From positions 1 through 33,583 of IMG/VR virus record IMGVR_UViG_3300021560_000044: 33,583 bases of DNA; one strand, given 5' to 3'. The notes below the pieces were generated by a model. That model did no database searches, had not been told where the DNA came from, and saw only the letters and a list, made by a program, of their open reading frames with translations. Positions within the stretch are counted from its first letter, which is position 1. Each line of letters begins with the position of its first letter. This document shows, in pieces, positions 24,819 through 33,508 of the stretch. This DNA is from a virus (taxonomy: Duplodnaviria; Caudoviricetes). A program made the position numbers and the translations under genes.

Positions 24819-25187
24819 TTATCCGCGCTGCCAGAAAAGGGCAATCAGCGGAATAACGACAAAAAAGTTAAACATACCGGCGGCAACGAGCGCGGGTACC
24901 GTTGGACTGCTGATTGCGAGATAGGCCAGGAAAAAGGCGCCCACGACGCTAAGCAGCAGGATTATCCTTGCCGCCGCCAGCATCGCGATCGCCGTCAGGA
25001 CGGCGGTCACCTCGCCGAGGTAGTCGCGCCTTGAGGTCGCCGAGCTCGGCTCCGTCCCCGGCGGCATAATTGCGTCCGAGGCGCTTGTCGACGCCGGCTC
25101 GGGAGCCGCGGGCACGCTCCTCTCTTGTAAAAGCGTAACCCGAGAGCGGGCTGGCGTCGGGGCCGTGGAGGCGCTTTCGAATGTCAT
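24819..25187 (-). CDS. Membrane protein with 2-3 TM segments
   Basis: Hydrophobic C-terminal half, SD GGAGAG. Confidence 0.65.
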   Translation of the reverse strand: MTFESASTAPTPARSRVTLLQERSVPAAPEPASTSASDAIMPPGTEPSSATSRRDYLGEVTAVLTAIAMLAAARIILLLSVVGAFFLAYLAISSPTVPALVAAGMFNFFVVIPLIALFWQRG

Positions 25188-25386
25188 TGAGCTGCTCTCC
25201 CTCCATCACGTCCATCAGCTTGTTCTTGATTGCAACCCATTTCCCAAAGGCAGTGAGCAGCGAAATTTTGAGCTCAAGCGGGGTGTCCTCGGGATTTTTC
25301 TCGGCATGATCCAGCAGGCTCATGACAAATTTGTCGATGCGCCGCGTTATCTGCTGATTGAGTGGCAGGTTTTTATCTACGCCCAT
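24949..25386 (-). CDS. Hypothetical protein (145 aa)
   Basis: Helical N-terminal domain, SD GGAG, overlaps the downstream gene. Confidence 0.65.
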   Translation of the reverse strand: MGVDKNLPLNQQITRRIDKFVMSLLDHAEKNPEDTPLELKISLLTAFGKWVAIKNKLMDVMEGEQLNDIRKRLHGPDASPLSGYAFTREERARGSRAGVDKRLGRNYAAGDGAELGDLKARLPRRGDRRPDGDRDAGGGKDNPAA

Positions 25387-25449
25387 GTCTGCGCTCCGGC
25401 CATACCAGGCCCAACAGTAGCAATATACGCCGCGCCATGGGAAGCCGTT

Positions 25450-25656
25450 TCATTTGGCATGCGACTGCGGCGGCCTCGCCAATTCAGCGTGACCATTGCT
25501 TTGCGGGTTTTGTGTTGTTGCGGATGCCTGCTGCAGTTTATGTGCGAGGAGCACACACGTTGGTGCAATCTGCATGCCGCCTGCCTTGCACGCGAGATCA
25601 AGCACCGCTTGCAGCGCGCGCAATTCCTGGTCGGTGAACTCTAACGTAATTGTCAT
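25450..25656 (-). CDS. Tail-fibre chaperone-like small protein
   Basis: MTITLEFTDQEL..LDLACKAGG, ATGA-coupled to the fibre. Confidence 0.65.
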   Translation of the reverse strand: MTITLEFTDQELRALQAVLDLACKAGGMQIAPTCVLLAHKLQQASATTQNPQSNGHAELARPPQSHAK

Positions 25657-26759
25657 GTCAATACTATGGTTGAGGCACCCTTGCGAAAGTTAAGATGCGT
25701 CCCGTCGTACCAGAGATCGCCGTCGGTAGGGGATGCGTCGGTAGTGGCGGGGCCGAGACGGATGATGCCATCGAACTTGTTGACCGAGGTATTACCCGCC
25801 GACCACATATTCCAATTATTGACAGATGCTCCAGTACCGGATTGATCTTGAATTTCCAAACCGTAATTGTTTGTCAGTGTGGCGGTCGGGGTACTGGGGG
25901 TCGTAATTGTTATTGCACGCTGGGTCGTGCAGGTTGCACTAACAGTTGTTCCAACAGTGACCTGTATTCCATATAAATCTGGAATATTAGCGGTTCCATC
26001 AACAAATGCCCGCAGGTTTATTCCCTGTACTGAAAAGCCAGTGCCATGTGCATTCTCAACAAAGCCGACAATAGCATAACAGTCATCTACATTCCCAGCC
26101 AGATTACTGACGTTGAAAAACAAGCCATCAAGGCTATCAACATGAACTGGAGCAAAGTTATAGAGAAAATTATTGTTTGCACCGGTAAAACCGATGTCTT
26201 TAGTTGAATTACTGTTAAGCGTCATCCAATTGTAGAAACTGCCGAAACTCGCGTTGCCGGCGACGGCGGTACTATTATTTGTGTATCCCATGGATATCGC
26301 AGCACCGTACCGCGCAGGGCTATCCGACCCACTAAGGATTATGTTCTCGTTGATATTGAGAACCATTGCTCCAGTGCGATGTTCATTTGGAGTAAAACCA
26401 GGCGGTAGAGGTCCCGGTTCTCCCACGTTAAGAATGATAGTGTCTATAATGCCGGAGCCACCTATCGCTCCATGCAACAAGTCGACCACACCGCCATAGT
26501 GACTAGTCCCGGGACTTGTACCCGACGGATACCAATTAAGATTGGCATCACCGCCAAACGCGCCCGCGTTGTTGAATTGAATGGAATTAACTGGCGCTCC
26601 AGCCAGCAGCGGTCCAATCACGCTCGCAACCTGCGCAACGGTATACAGAAAATCATGGGGGGCAACGGTCGGCTTCTGCACCCCAACCAAAACGTCTGTC
26701 GCAGTCGGCGGCGAAGGCGAAAAATCAAATTGTGATAGCTTGGTGCCGGTAACTGTCAT
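25653..26759 (-). CDS. Tail fibre protein
   Basis: TKLSQF..D.LVGVQ N-terminus, SIQFNNAGAFGG, C-terminal PTDGDLWYDGT; low GC. Confidence 0.8.
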   Translation of the reverse strand: MTVTGTKLSQFDFSPSPPTATDVLVGVQKPTVAPHDFLYTVAQVASVIGPLLAGAPVNSIQFNNAGAFGGDANLNWYPSGTSPGTSHYGGVVDLLHGAIGGSGIIDTIILNVGEPGPLPPGFTPNEHRTGAMVLNINENIILSGSDSPARYGAAISMGYTNNSTAVAGNASFGSFYNWMTLNSNSTKDIGFTGANNNFLYNFAPVHVDSLDGLFFNVSNLAGNVDDCYAIVGFVENAHGTGFSVQGINLRAFVDGTANIPDLYGIQVTVGTTVSATCTTQRAITITTPSTPTATLTNNYGLEIQDQSGTGASVNNWNMWSAGNTSVNKFDGIIRLGPATTDASPTDGDLWYDGTHLNFRKGASTIVLT

Positions 26760-26760
26760 T

Positions 26761-26997
26761 TTAATTTTCAGTGACCAGGAACTGGCTGGCATCCTCTGTT
26801 ATGAGAAATTGCGATGCATCCTCGGTGATAAGCCCGTTGGTTGGAAACGAAGGCTTGCCGCCGACCCGGCGCACCCGCATCCGACATTCGATAATCCATT
26901 CTTCCTCAGCAAGCATGCACGCCACCATCAGGTCCTCGATGTCCTCTGGCGGCAGGTCGAGCCCAGCGAGCTCCTCCAGGCTGCGGATGCGCGCTAT
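26761..26997 (-). CDS. Fibre adaptor-like protein with LITED repeats; probable ATA start
   Basis: Ends ...LITEDASQFLITEDASQFLVTEN. The frame is opened by GGAGG-N5-ATA. Confidence 0.6.
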   Translation of the reverse strand: MARIRSLEELAGLDLPPEDIEDLMVACMLAEEEWIIECRMRVRRVGGKPSFPTNGLITEDASQFLITEDASQFLVTEN

Positions 26998-27560
26998 GAC
27001 TGCCTCCGGTCGACATCAATGCTGAACGAGCCGTCAGCCAGGCGCCGCACCTTTTTCGGCGAGCGACGAATGTCCTCGTATTTTTGCAGCGCATGGATGA
27101 ACACGTTGACGGAATTTTCCATGCGCTTCGCAGCCGCTTCGTTCGTCTTGGCCGCATCCTCGGCAGTGCTCTGCGTGCGCTCTAGCTCGGCCTTGGATTG
27201 ATCGCTGACCCGCTCGATCATCGAATTGAGCGCAGTGACCGCCTGCCCGAGCACGCCGGCGAGCTGGCTGTGGTGATCCATCGCCTTGACCAGGTCTTTC
27301 GCTAAATCTTTGGTCGCCTGGTCCTGGGATGTGGTGAGCTGTTTGATCGCGGTGGTGACCCCGTCGACCATGTCCTTGTTGGCGCTGTCGATGCGCTTGC
27401 CCAGGCTGGCGACACTCTGCGTCATCGCCTCGACCGCTTCGATCAGATCGCCCTGCTCCAGCCCGAGCTCGCGCCGGACCGCGCGCTGGATTTCGCGATC
27501 GGTCGCCTTGTCGTCGAACGACAGGCGCTTGCCGCCGGGGAGTTCAGCGTAACGCGCCAC
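26994..27560 (-). CDS. Coiled-coil internal virion protein (putative)
   Basis: 188 aa helical protein, SD AGGAGG. Confidence 0.7.
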   Translation of the reverse strand: MARYAELPGGKRLSFDDKATDREIQRAVRRELGLEQGDLIEAVEAMTQSVASLGKRIDSANKDMVDGVTTAIKQLTTSQDQATKDLAKDLVKAMDHHSQLAGVLGQAVTALNSMIERVSDQSKAELERTQSTAEDAAKTNEAAAKRMENSVNVFIHALQKYEDIRRSPKKVRRLADGSFSIDVDRRQS

Positions 27561-28587
27561 GTGCTACCTCCTGCTGCTGCTCCTCGGTTAAATCTGACGG
27601 TGCCTCAAACTTCACCGTCTTGTCGCCGACACGGACACTGTACTGTTCCCGCGTTTTCTTGCGTCCCGGCGCAATCGCAGCCGCACCGCGGACATAAGGT
27701 GCAGCGCGTTCACCGGCTCGCTCGGTGGCACCTATCCCGTACATGATCGAGCCGCCAACCCTCGGCGAGCGCGCACCCGCAACCGTGGCGCCAATACCGG
27801 ACAGAATAGGATGCTGCGCGATCACGTGCTCAACACCTGGCAAATGACTGAGCCCATAGAGGCCGAGCCCATGTTGCACAGCGGAGCCCACTTGCGGGCG
27901 TAATGCTGCAGGCAATTGGGTGCCCTGGTAGCCTGCCTCCCTGGCGCGCCGCATCGTCTGTGCGCCTTGCTTGGTTGTGCGGCCGAGCAGCTGTGCCGCC
28001 GGCTCACCCACCACCGCCGGCCCTACGCGTGCCGCCATCGCCACGGGGTCGATCGCGCGGCCGGCGGCGGCGACCCCCTCGCCGATACGCGCCGCGGTGG
28101 CGCCCAGCCTGGCCATCAATGTGCCGCCACCGGACAGCCCGGCCGAAATATCCATCAGGAAACGCGCCGGGTCGGTTTCAAACGTGCGGCGTGCCTTCTC
28201 GATCGACCCGTAGTGCTCGACCAGGTCGTTGCCGATCACCTTGGCGACGCCGGTGAAACCCATTTGTCGCACAGCATTGTAAACCTGGCTGTAGTTCTGG
28301 ATCAGGCTCCAGAGCTCCTGGCCGGTGTGCATGACACTGCCGGGGAGAGCCTTCGCCGCGCGGCCGACCGAGGGCAGAATTTTTCCCATGCCAACGTCGA
28401 ACTTTTCTTCACTATGCGGGTCCCATGGCGCCTCGATCTGCTTGCCCTGCGCGTCAAAGCGCAGCGTTTGCTGTGCGCCGCCGCTGGTCGCATGCGCGGC
28501 CACCTCGCGTTGCTGCTCCTCGGAGAGCCCCTCGGCCGCCGTGAAGGAAACAGTCTTGCCACCGTACTCGATTTTATAATCCGCCAT
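27544..28587 (-). CDS. Internal virion/DNA ejection protein (putative)
   Basis: Ala/Gly-rich, with the same small domain at both termini. Confidence 0.7.
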   Translation of the reverse strand: MADYKIEYGGKTVSFTAAEGLSEEQQREVAAHATSGGAQQTLRFDAQGKQIEAPWDPHSEEKFDVGMGKILPSVGRAAKALPGSVMHTGQELWSLIQNYSQVYNAVRQMGFTGVAKVIGNDLVEHYGSIEKARRTFETDPARFLMDISAGLSGGGTLMARLGATAARIGEGVAAAGRAIDPVAMAARVGPAVVGEPAAQLLGRTTKQGAQTMRRAREAGYQGTQLPAALRPQVGSAVQHGLGLYGLSHLPGVEHVIAQHPILSGIGATVAGARSPRVGGSIMYGIGATERAGERAAPYVRGAAAIAPGRKKTREQYSVRVGDKTVKFEAPSDLTEEQQQEVARGALR

Positions 28588-30070
28588 CGTCGACCTCGAC
28601 CATTTCTTTCAGGCCCTCCATGCCGATGAGGCCGGCACCGCCGAAACCTAGCAGCGGTTTTTGTTTGCGGATCAAATAGCGCAGCGTGTCCTCTGGTTGT
28701 TCGTTACGCAGCAGCGATGTGTACATGACGCGTTCGTTGAACATTTGCGCGAACGTCTTGTCCGGCGGCGTGCCGAGCCCGGTGAGCTCGCCGGCGCCCG
28801 ACCAGGCCGCCGCTTGTCCTTCCGCCGGCGCCATGCCCACCGACCTGGCAATGTCGCTGTAGAATTGCTCGACCGCCCCGTACTCACCCTTGTTCGGCTG
28901 ACCTACCCAAAACGGGGGTATTTTGCCCGCGTCCTTCATGCTCATGCGACCCTTTAGGACGAGGTCTTGCGGGCGATAGGTGATAACGTAGATGTTCTTT
29001 TTTTCGTTGTACGTAATTCGATCGGCCCATTCACGCTGCCACGCTGAGGGTTGCTTTCCTTTCCCGGTCACCTCTTGAATTTGCGTTTCCAGCCAGCGCG
29101 GGTCGCCGGTGCGCATAGCGAGATTGCGCATAGCGTGCGTGTCGGCCGCAATCGGAATAAGGTTGCCCTGCAGGTCCTCGGAGAACGACACCGGCTTGGG
29201 GTTGGTGAAAATATCCCAACCGCGATGTTCTGGTTCATGTTGTGCTCCGACCGTACTGCCGGCTTGCTCCAGTTTGGCGATATTTCCGCGGTGCAGTTGC
29301 TGCGCCTTGCTGCCGTACGGATAGGGGAGTTTTGCCGGCAACTCGCGTCCCGTCATCAAATAAAAGTAGCTGGCGTTGCGAATGTTTTCAGGCACTTTTG
29401 TTTGCGGCGACGTTGCCGCGACGTAATCCATCAGGCGCGCAAACTCCCGGGCACCCTGATATTCGCCGAGCTCGGCAATCCAGGCCTGGCGGATCGGCTC
29501 ATTGTGATACCAGCGATGGGCGCCAACACGGATGCCCGCCCGCATGCTGGCGCGGACACCGTTAACGACGGCTGGGTTGGCCATCGCAGCCTGCAGGCGT
29601 GGCGATATTCCGCGCGGTGGCACATAGCGCGGGATCGGAACCTGCGGCACGTTCGAACGTAACTCGCCCGACAGATTGAGCGGCCCGGCACCGGACGGCA
29701 TTTGCTTAACAGCTTGCGATGCTTCCGCCTTGGCTTGCCCAAACGCTTTGCCAGGAATGGCGAGGCCTGATGGTTGCACAATCTTGCCGCCGGCGCTGCC
29801 GAGCGCGCCCTCGACCTGGCCGGTGAATGGCAGGCGCGCGCCGATCCCGCCGAGCGCGGTCTGGAACGGGGCGCTGGGATTGTAGGCCTGTGGCTCAACG
29901 TAGGCTGCGCTGCCAGCCTCGCGCAGCCGCTGCGCTTGGTCTACGAGGCCGGTCACCATTTGCGTCGGCGCCCGCATCACCGCCTCGGTCGCCGCCTCGA
30001 TGCCGGTGTGCCGGGTTGCCGGTCGGTCCTCCTCGCGCAGGCGTGCGATTTCGTCGGTGTCCGCCATCAC
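28574..30070 (-). CDS. Internal virion protein with a putative HhH-glycosylase-like domain
   Basis: WY...ATSPQT.VPEN...KP.SF..DL.GN...ADTH...Y..VE...PAEGQAAAW. Confidence 0.6.
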   Translation of the reverse strand: MMADTDEIARLREEDRPATRHTGIEAATEAVMRAPTQMVTGLVDQAQRLREAGSAAYVEPQAYNPSAPFQTALGGIGARLPFTGQVEGALGSAGGKIVQPSGLAIPGKAFGQAKAEASQAVKQMPSGAGPLNLSGELRSNVPQVPIPRYVPPRGISPRLQAAMANPAVVNGVRASMRAGIRVGAHRWYHNEPIRQAWIAELGEYQGAREFARLMDYVAATSPQTKVPENIRNASYFYLMTGRELPAKLPYPYGSKAQQLHRGNIAKLEQAGSTVGAQHEPEHRGWDIFTNPKPVSFSEDLQGNLIPIAADTHAMRNLAMRTGDPRWLETQIQEVTGKGKQPSAWQREWADRITYNEKKNIYVITYRPQDLVLKGRMSMKDAGKIPPFWVGQPNKGEYGAVEQFYSDIARSVGMAPAEGQAAAWSGAGELTGLGTPPDKTFAQMFNERVMYTSLLRNEQPEDTLRYLIRKQKPLLGFGGAGLIGMEGLKEMVEVDDGGL

Positions 30071-31542
30071 TCGACCCTGATATTGGTCGCGCCGTGCGGA
30101 GCGCCGCCCGCGCCGGTGGTGCCGCCGGCCTTGGCCCGTTCTATTTCCTCCTGAATATCGACAAGTGGCACGTCCTGGCCCTTCATCATTCTTTCTGCAA
30201 TTTCGCGTTCGCTCTTAACCATTTCATTGATCCTGCCAATTCCCGCCAGCAATGCCTCCTCGCCGGTGCCTGATCCCAATTCTCTGAGCGCGTGATTGCG
30301 ATCATCGACCCGCAGCTGCCCGGTCGGGTTCATTGCGCGGCCCCACCAATTACCAAGTTCCAGAAGGTCTGTTCTGAATTGCCGTAACGCAGGGTCGCTG
30401 ATGCTTTCCTCCGCCATCTGCACAAGATCATTGAACGGCACCCAATTGCCGCGCTGCACCTGTTTTGATGATTGAATGACGCGCAAAATTTGTCGGTTCA
30501 AATTGTTATTGATGAACTCGGTATTCTTAGCCCGTACTGCCAACGAGCGCTCAGCAGGCGCGTAGGCCTTAACGCGCGCTCGTTGCCGGTTTAGTTCGTC
30601 TGGCCAATTGTCTCCCCATTTTTGTCGGTATAAATCCTCCGCTGCACGGGTGATGCGGTTCTTATTTTCAGCGCCCACGGGACCGGAAGTGTTATAGCTC
30701 TTCAGCACGGTATTCTCATCTTCACCGGCGGCTAGTCGCTGTGCAGCTGATTGCACATCCCCGTCGGTAATGGCACCGGTACCGTAGCGTAACTTGAGTT
30801 GCTCCATCTGCTCGGTGTACTGGCGCTGCTGATCCGTCAAGCTGATGACCCGGTCCCAGTCGCCGCTGCGCATCGCTGCAAGTTTCACCTCATCGCCGAT
30901 GCTGGCCGCGATGGCTTCCATCTTGGCCGCGCGCTCGCCGACGTTGTGTTTGGTCGTATTGAGCGCGGCGTTGTAGCGGCTGAGCTCGATGTTGTTTTGT
31001 TTGATGACCGCGTCCGTTGCCGCCTGCCAGTTGTCCATGTTGTTCTTCATGGCTTCCTGGTCGCCCTTGTGAAAACCGTTGATGGCCTCGGTCGCCGCCT
31101 TCATGGCGGCGAGGCCTCCGCCACGACGCACCGCCAGCGAGCCGAGCGTGACTGCCAGCACCAGCGGGTTGGCAAACGCCTTGAGCGGGTTGATGAACTC
31201 CTGCTTCGGCGGCGGCTGCACGTTGTAGAATTTCGGCTCGCGCGCGGCCGGGATGGTTTGCTGCCCCAGTGCGAACTGCTGCGCGCTCTTGGCGCGAATT
31301 GCTTGCTGCGCCGCCTGGCTGTCCGCGATGGCGTTCTCGGTCGCCATCTGCTGGCGCGCGAGCAGGTTCTCGCGTGTGGGCTCGGGAAAACCACCGCCGG
31401 CAAACGGCAGCGCGGTCGTTGCCGGCGAGCTCGGCGAGAACATCGACGGAAATGCTGGTGGTGGCGGCGCAAACGTCGGTCGCTCGGGTGGCGGTTGCGG
31501 CTCGCGTGGCCTGGTGTCGTCCGTGGTGTCGGTTTCAGCCAT
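30067..31542 (-). CDS. Internal virion/DNA ejection protein (putative)
   Basis: Helical, Q/A-rich, one hydrophobic segment; start MAETD just after the upstream stop. Confidence 0.7.
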   Translation of the reverse strand: MAETDTTDDTRPREPQPPPERPTFAPPPPAFPSMFSPSSPATTALPFAGGGFPEPTRENLLARQQMATENAIADSQAAQQAIRAKSAQQFALGQQTIPAAREPKFYNVQPPPKQEFINPLKAFANPLVLAVTLGSLAVRRGGGLAAMKAATEAINGFHKGDQEAMKNNMDNWQAATDAVIKQNNIELSRYNAALNTTKHNVGERAAKMEAIAASIGDEVKLAAMRSGDWDRVISLTDQQRQYTEQMEQLKLRYGTGAITDGDVQSAAQRLAAGEDENTVLKSYNTSGPVGAENKNRITRAAEDLYRQKWGDNWPDELNRQRARVKAYAPAERSLAVRAKNTEFINNNLNRQILRVIQSSKQVQRGNWVPFNDLVQMAEESISDPALRQFRTDLLELGNWWGRAMNPTGQLRVDDRNHALRELGSGTGEEALLAGIGRINEMVKSEREIAERMMKGQDVPLVDIQEEIERAKAGGTTGAGGAPHGATNIRVE

Positions 31543-31543
31543 G

Positions 31544-32698
31544 TCACACCGAGGTCGATGAGGTCGCCGCGGTGGTCGGGTTACGCGCGCTGAGCCCGCC
31601 GGCGAGCGCGAGCGCGCCGGCGAATTGCCCGAACGTCTGCTGGGTCGCGGTGTCCTGTGCAATGCGCGAGGTCATCAGGTTCTTATAGACGTCGGCGTCG
31701 GCACCGAGCGCTTGCGTCGCATCGCCGATGAGCGTCTGCCCGGATTGCGCGAGCTGCTGCGCGATTTGCAGCGCGCCCGTCGTCTGCGCGGTCGCCAGGT
31801 CTTGCTGCTCCATGGTCGAGCCGCTGAGCCCCAGGCGTGCGTACTGGGCGCGGATTTGGTTGAGCTGCTGGTCGATGACCGATTGCCAGCCAGGCGGTAG
31901 CTGTCCGGTGAGCAGGGGCTGCTCAAGCGCCTGGCCCTCGGCGCTGAGCGTTTGAAACTGCTGCTGCTCGGCGCCGGCAATGTTGCGCAGGTTCTGCTCG
32001 TCGGGCAGCTGCGGATTGAACAGCGAGCCCAGCTTCTGCCCGCCGAGCAGCGCGGCGCCGCCGAGGCCGAGCGCCGCCGTCGTCATCGGGTTGGCCGACG
32101 CGAAGTTGGCGACCGAGCTCACGCCCGGGATACCCGCATACCAAGGCGCGGCACCCGGCGCAGCCGCTGCCGCCGGGATGCTGAGCGGCGCACTGCCCGG
32201 CGCACCCAGCGTCGCACCGAGCACGTCGGCATCAATGCTCCCGCTCACGCCTGGCGCGGTCGGTGCAAGGCTCAATGCGGTGCCGGGAGTGCCTGCAGGT
32301 AGCGCGCCAAACCCTTGGGCTACATAGGCGTTCGGTGATGCGGCCATCGCATCGAGCGGACTGACTGCCGGCGTGAACCCGGCCCCGGGTATTCCGGCGA
32401 GCTCGCCCCCGTAGGTGCCGGCGGTTGCGGCGATGTCAGGTGAGAGCGCCGCGGCATCAATGCCGGCGGTGCCAAGGCCTGCCCCACCCGCGCCGGCAGC
32501 GGCCGCCTCACCGCCGAGCCCGGCAAGCGCAGGGCCGGCAACGAACGGCAATGCGGCCGCCGCCAGTGTGCCGCCAACCTTCAAATAATCCGGCAGGCTT
32601 GCCTGATACTGGCCACCGGTGATGTCGCCGTGGATGAGCGCATTGCCGACGTTGGTGACCGGCGCAAATGCGTGCTCGAAAAAGCTGCCGATGCTCAC
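31544..32698 (-). CDS. Gly/Ala-rich DNA-transfer (pilot/ejection) protein
   Basis: Hydrophobic G/A segments, YARLGLSGSTMEQQ motif, Q-rich helix. Confidence 0.7.
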   Translation of the reverse strand: MSIGSFFEHAFAPVTNVGNALIHGDITGGQYQASLPDYLKVGGTLAAAALPFVAGPALAGLGGEAAAAGAGGAGLGTAGIDAAALSPDIAATAGTYGGELAGIPGAGFTPAVSPLDAMAASPNAYVAQGFGALPAGTPGTALSLAPTAPGVSGSIDADVLGATLGAPGSAPLSIPAAAAAPGAAPWYAGIPGVSSVANFASANPMTTAALGLGGAALLGGQKLGSLFNPQLPDEQNLRNIAGAEQQQFQTLSAEGQALEQPLLTGQLPPGWQSVIDQQLNQIRAQYARLGLSGSTMEQQDLATAQTTGALQIAQQLAQSGQTLIGDATQALGADADVYKNLMTSRIAQDTATQQTFGQFAGALALAGGLSARNPTTAATSSTSV

Positions 32699-32734
32699 GT
32701 GGAACCCCCGCTGTCATGTGCGAGTTGATACGGC

Positions 32735-32953
32735 ATGATAGGCACCCTCATCGGCATCCTTTTGATGCTGATCATCCTCGGCGTGATCTGGTGGGCAATC
32801 CAGCAATTCCTGCCATTGATACCGCTGGGCGAGCCATTTGCGACTGCGGTGCGCGTCATCCTCATCGTTATCATCGCCTTCATCGCAATTTACATCATCA
32901 TCCAGCTGCTTGCCCTGGCTGGCATCCACGTTCCGATGTTCAACATGCGCTAA
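32735..32953 (+). CDS. Two-TM small membrane protein, antisense to the virion operon
   Basis: MIGTLIGILLMLIILGVIWW...PLGEPF...ILIVIIAFIAIYIII. It exactly fills the gap. Confidence 0.75.
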   Translation: MIGTLIGILLMLIILGVIWWAIQQFLPLIPLGEPFATAVRVILIVIIAFIAIYIIIQLLALAGIHVPMFNMR

Positions 32954-33288
32954 ATTTTCAGCGCGGCCCGCATGGCCTGGTGCTCCTCTGCGTTATCGTA
33001 CACCCATTGCTGCACACTTTTGCGGTCGTTGAAATCGACGTTAGTGAGGTCGGTGCCGATATTGATGCCGAGCGCCGCGATGATGTCGTCGTGCGTCTGC
33101 TGATGGCGCTCAAGCCAGGCCTCTTTCTCGTTCGGCACGTAAGGATATAAAATCCTGTTGACGATGGTGACCATCTTCTGCGTTTGTGTCGCCTGCGCAA
33201 TTTCCTGGTGGTCGGTCGCGTGCCACCAGAAGAAGCTGTCCGCCCCTTGCGGGTCGTCAGGAATTGAGAACAGGAACGGCAGGGGCAT
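32950..33288 (-). CDS. His-rich helical hypothetical protein
   Basis: Three aromatic-x(1-3)-H/N-x3-H repeats. Confidence 0.75.
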   Translation of the reverse strand: MPLPFLFSIPDDPQGADSFFWWHATDHQEIAQATQTQKMVTIVNRILYPYVPNEKEAWLERHQQTHDDIIAALGINIGTDLTNVDFNDRKSVQQWVYDNAEEHQAMRAALKI

Positions 33289-33428
33289 CAGCGCCTCCGG
33301 GAACGCCGCCCCCGCCGCGCCTGTCGCATCGCTGCAGCAACCGCTTGCCGTTGCGGATACCCGCTGTGGCGCATTTCCGAAATGTTCGAGGAAATAGTCG
33401 CCCGCGAGCTGCCCTTCTTCAGCGGCAT
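33288..33428 (-). CDS. Basic small protein (46 aa) MPLKKGSSRATISSNISEM...
   Basis: Read by hand, TGATG-coupled, Arg-rich tail. Confidence 0.75.
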   Translation of the reverse strand: MPLKKGSSRATISSNISEMRHSGYPQRQAVAAAMRQARRGRRSRRR

Positions 33429-33429
33429 T

Positions 33430-33507
33430 CTAGTATCTCCGCATGCGGCGGATGCTCTGGCGCTTACGCGGTTTCAGATTGCGCCCGCCGCGTTTGCTCT
33501 TTTTCAT
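33430..33507 (-). CDS. Basic micropeptide (25 aa) MKKSKRGGRNLKPRKRQSIRRMRRY
   Basis: SD AGGAGG, tiles between its neighbours. Confidence 0.65.
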   Translation of the reverse strand: MKKSKRGGRNLKPRKRQSIRRMRRY

Positions 33508-33508
33508 G

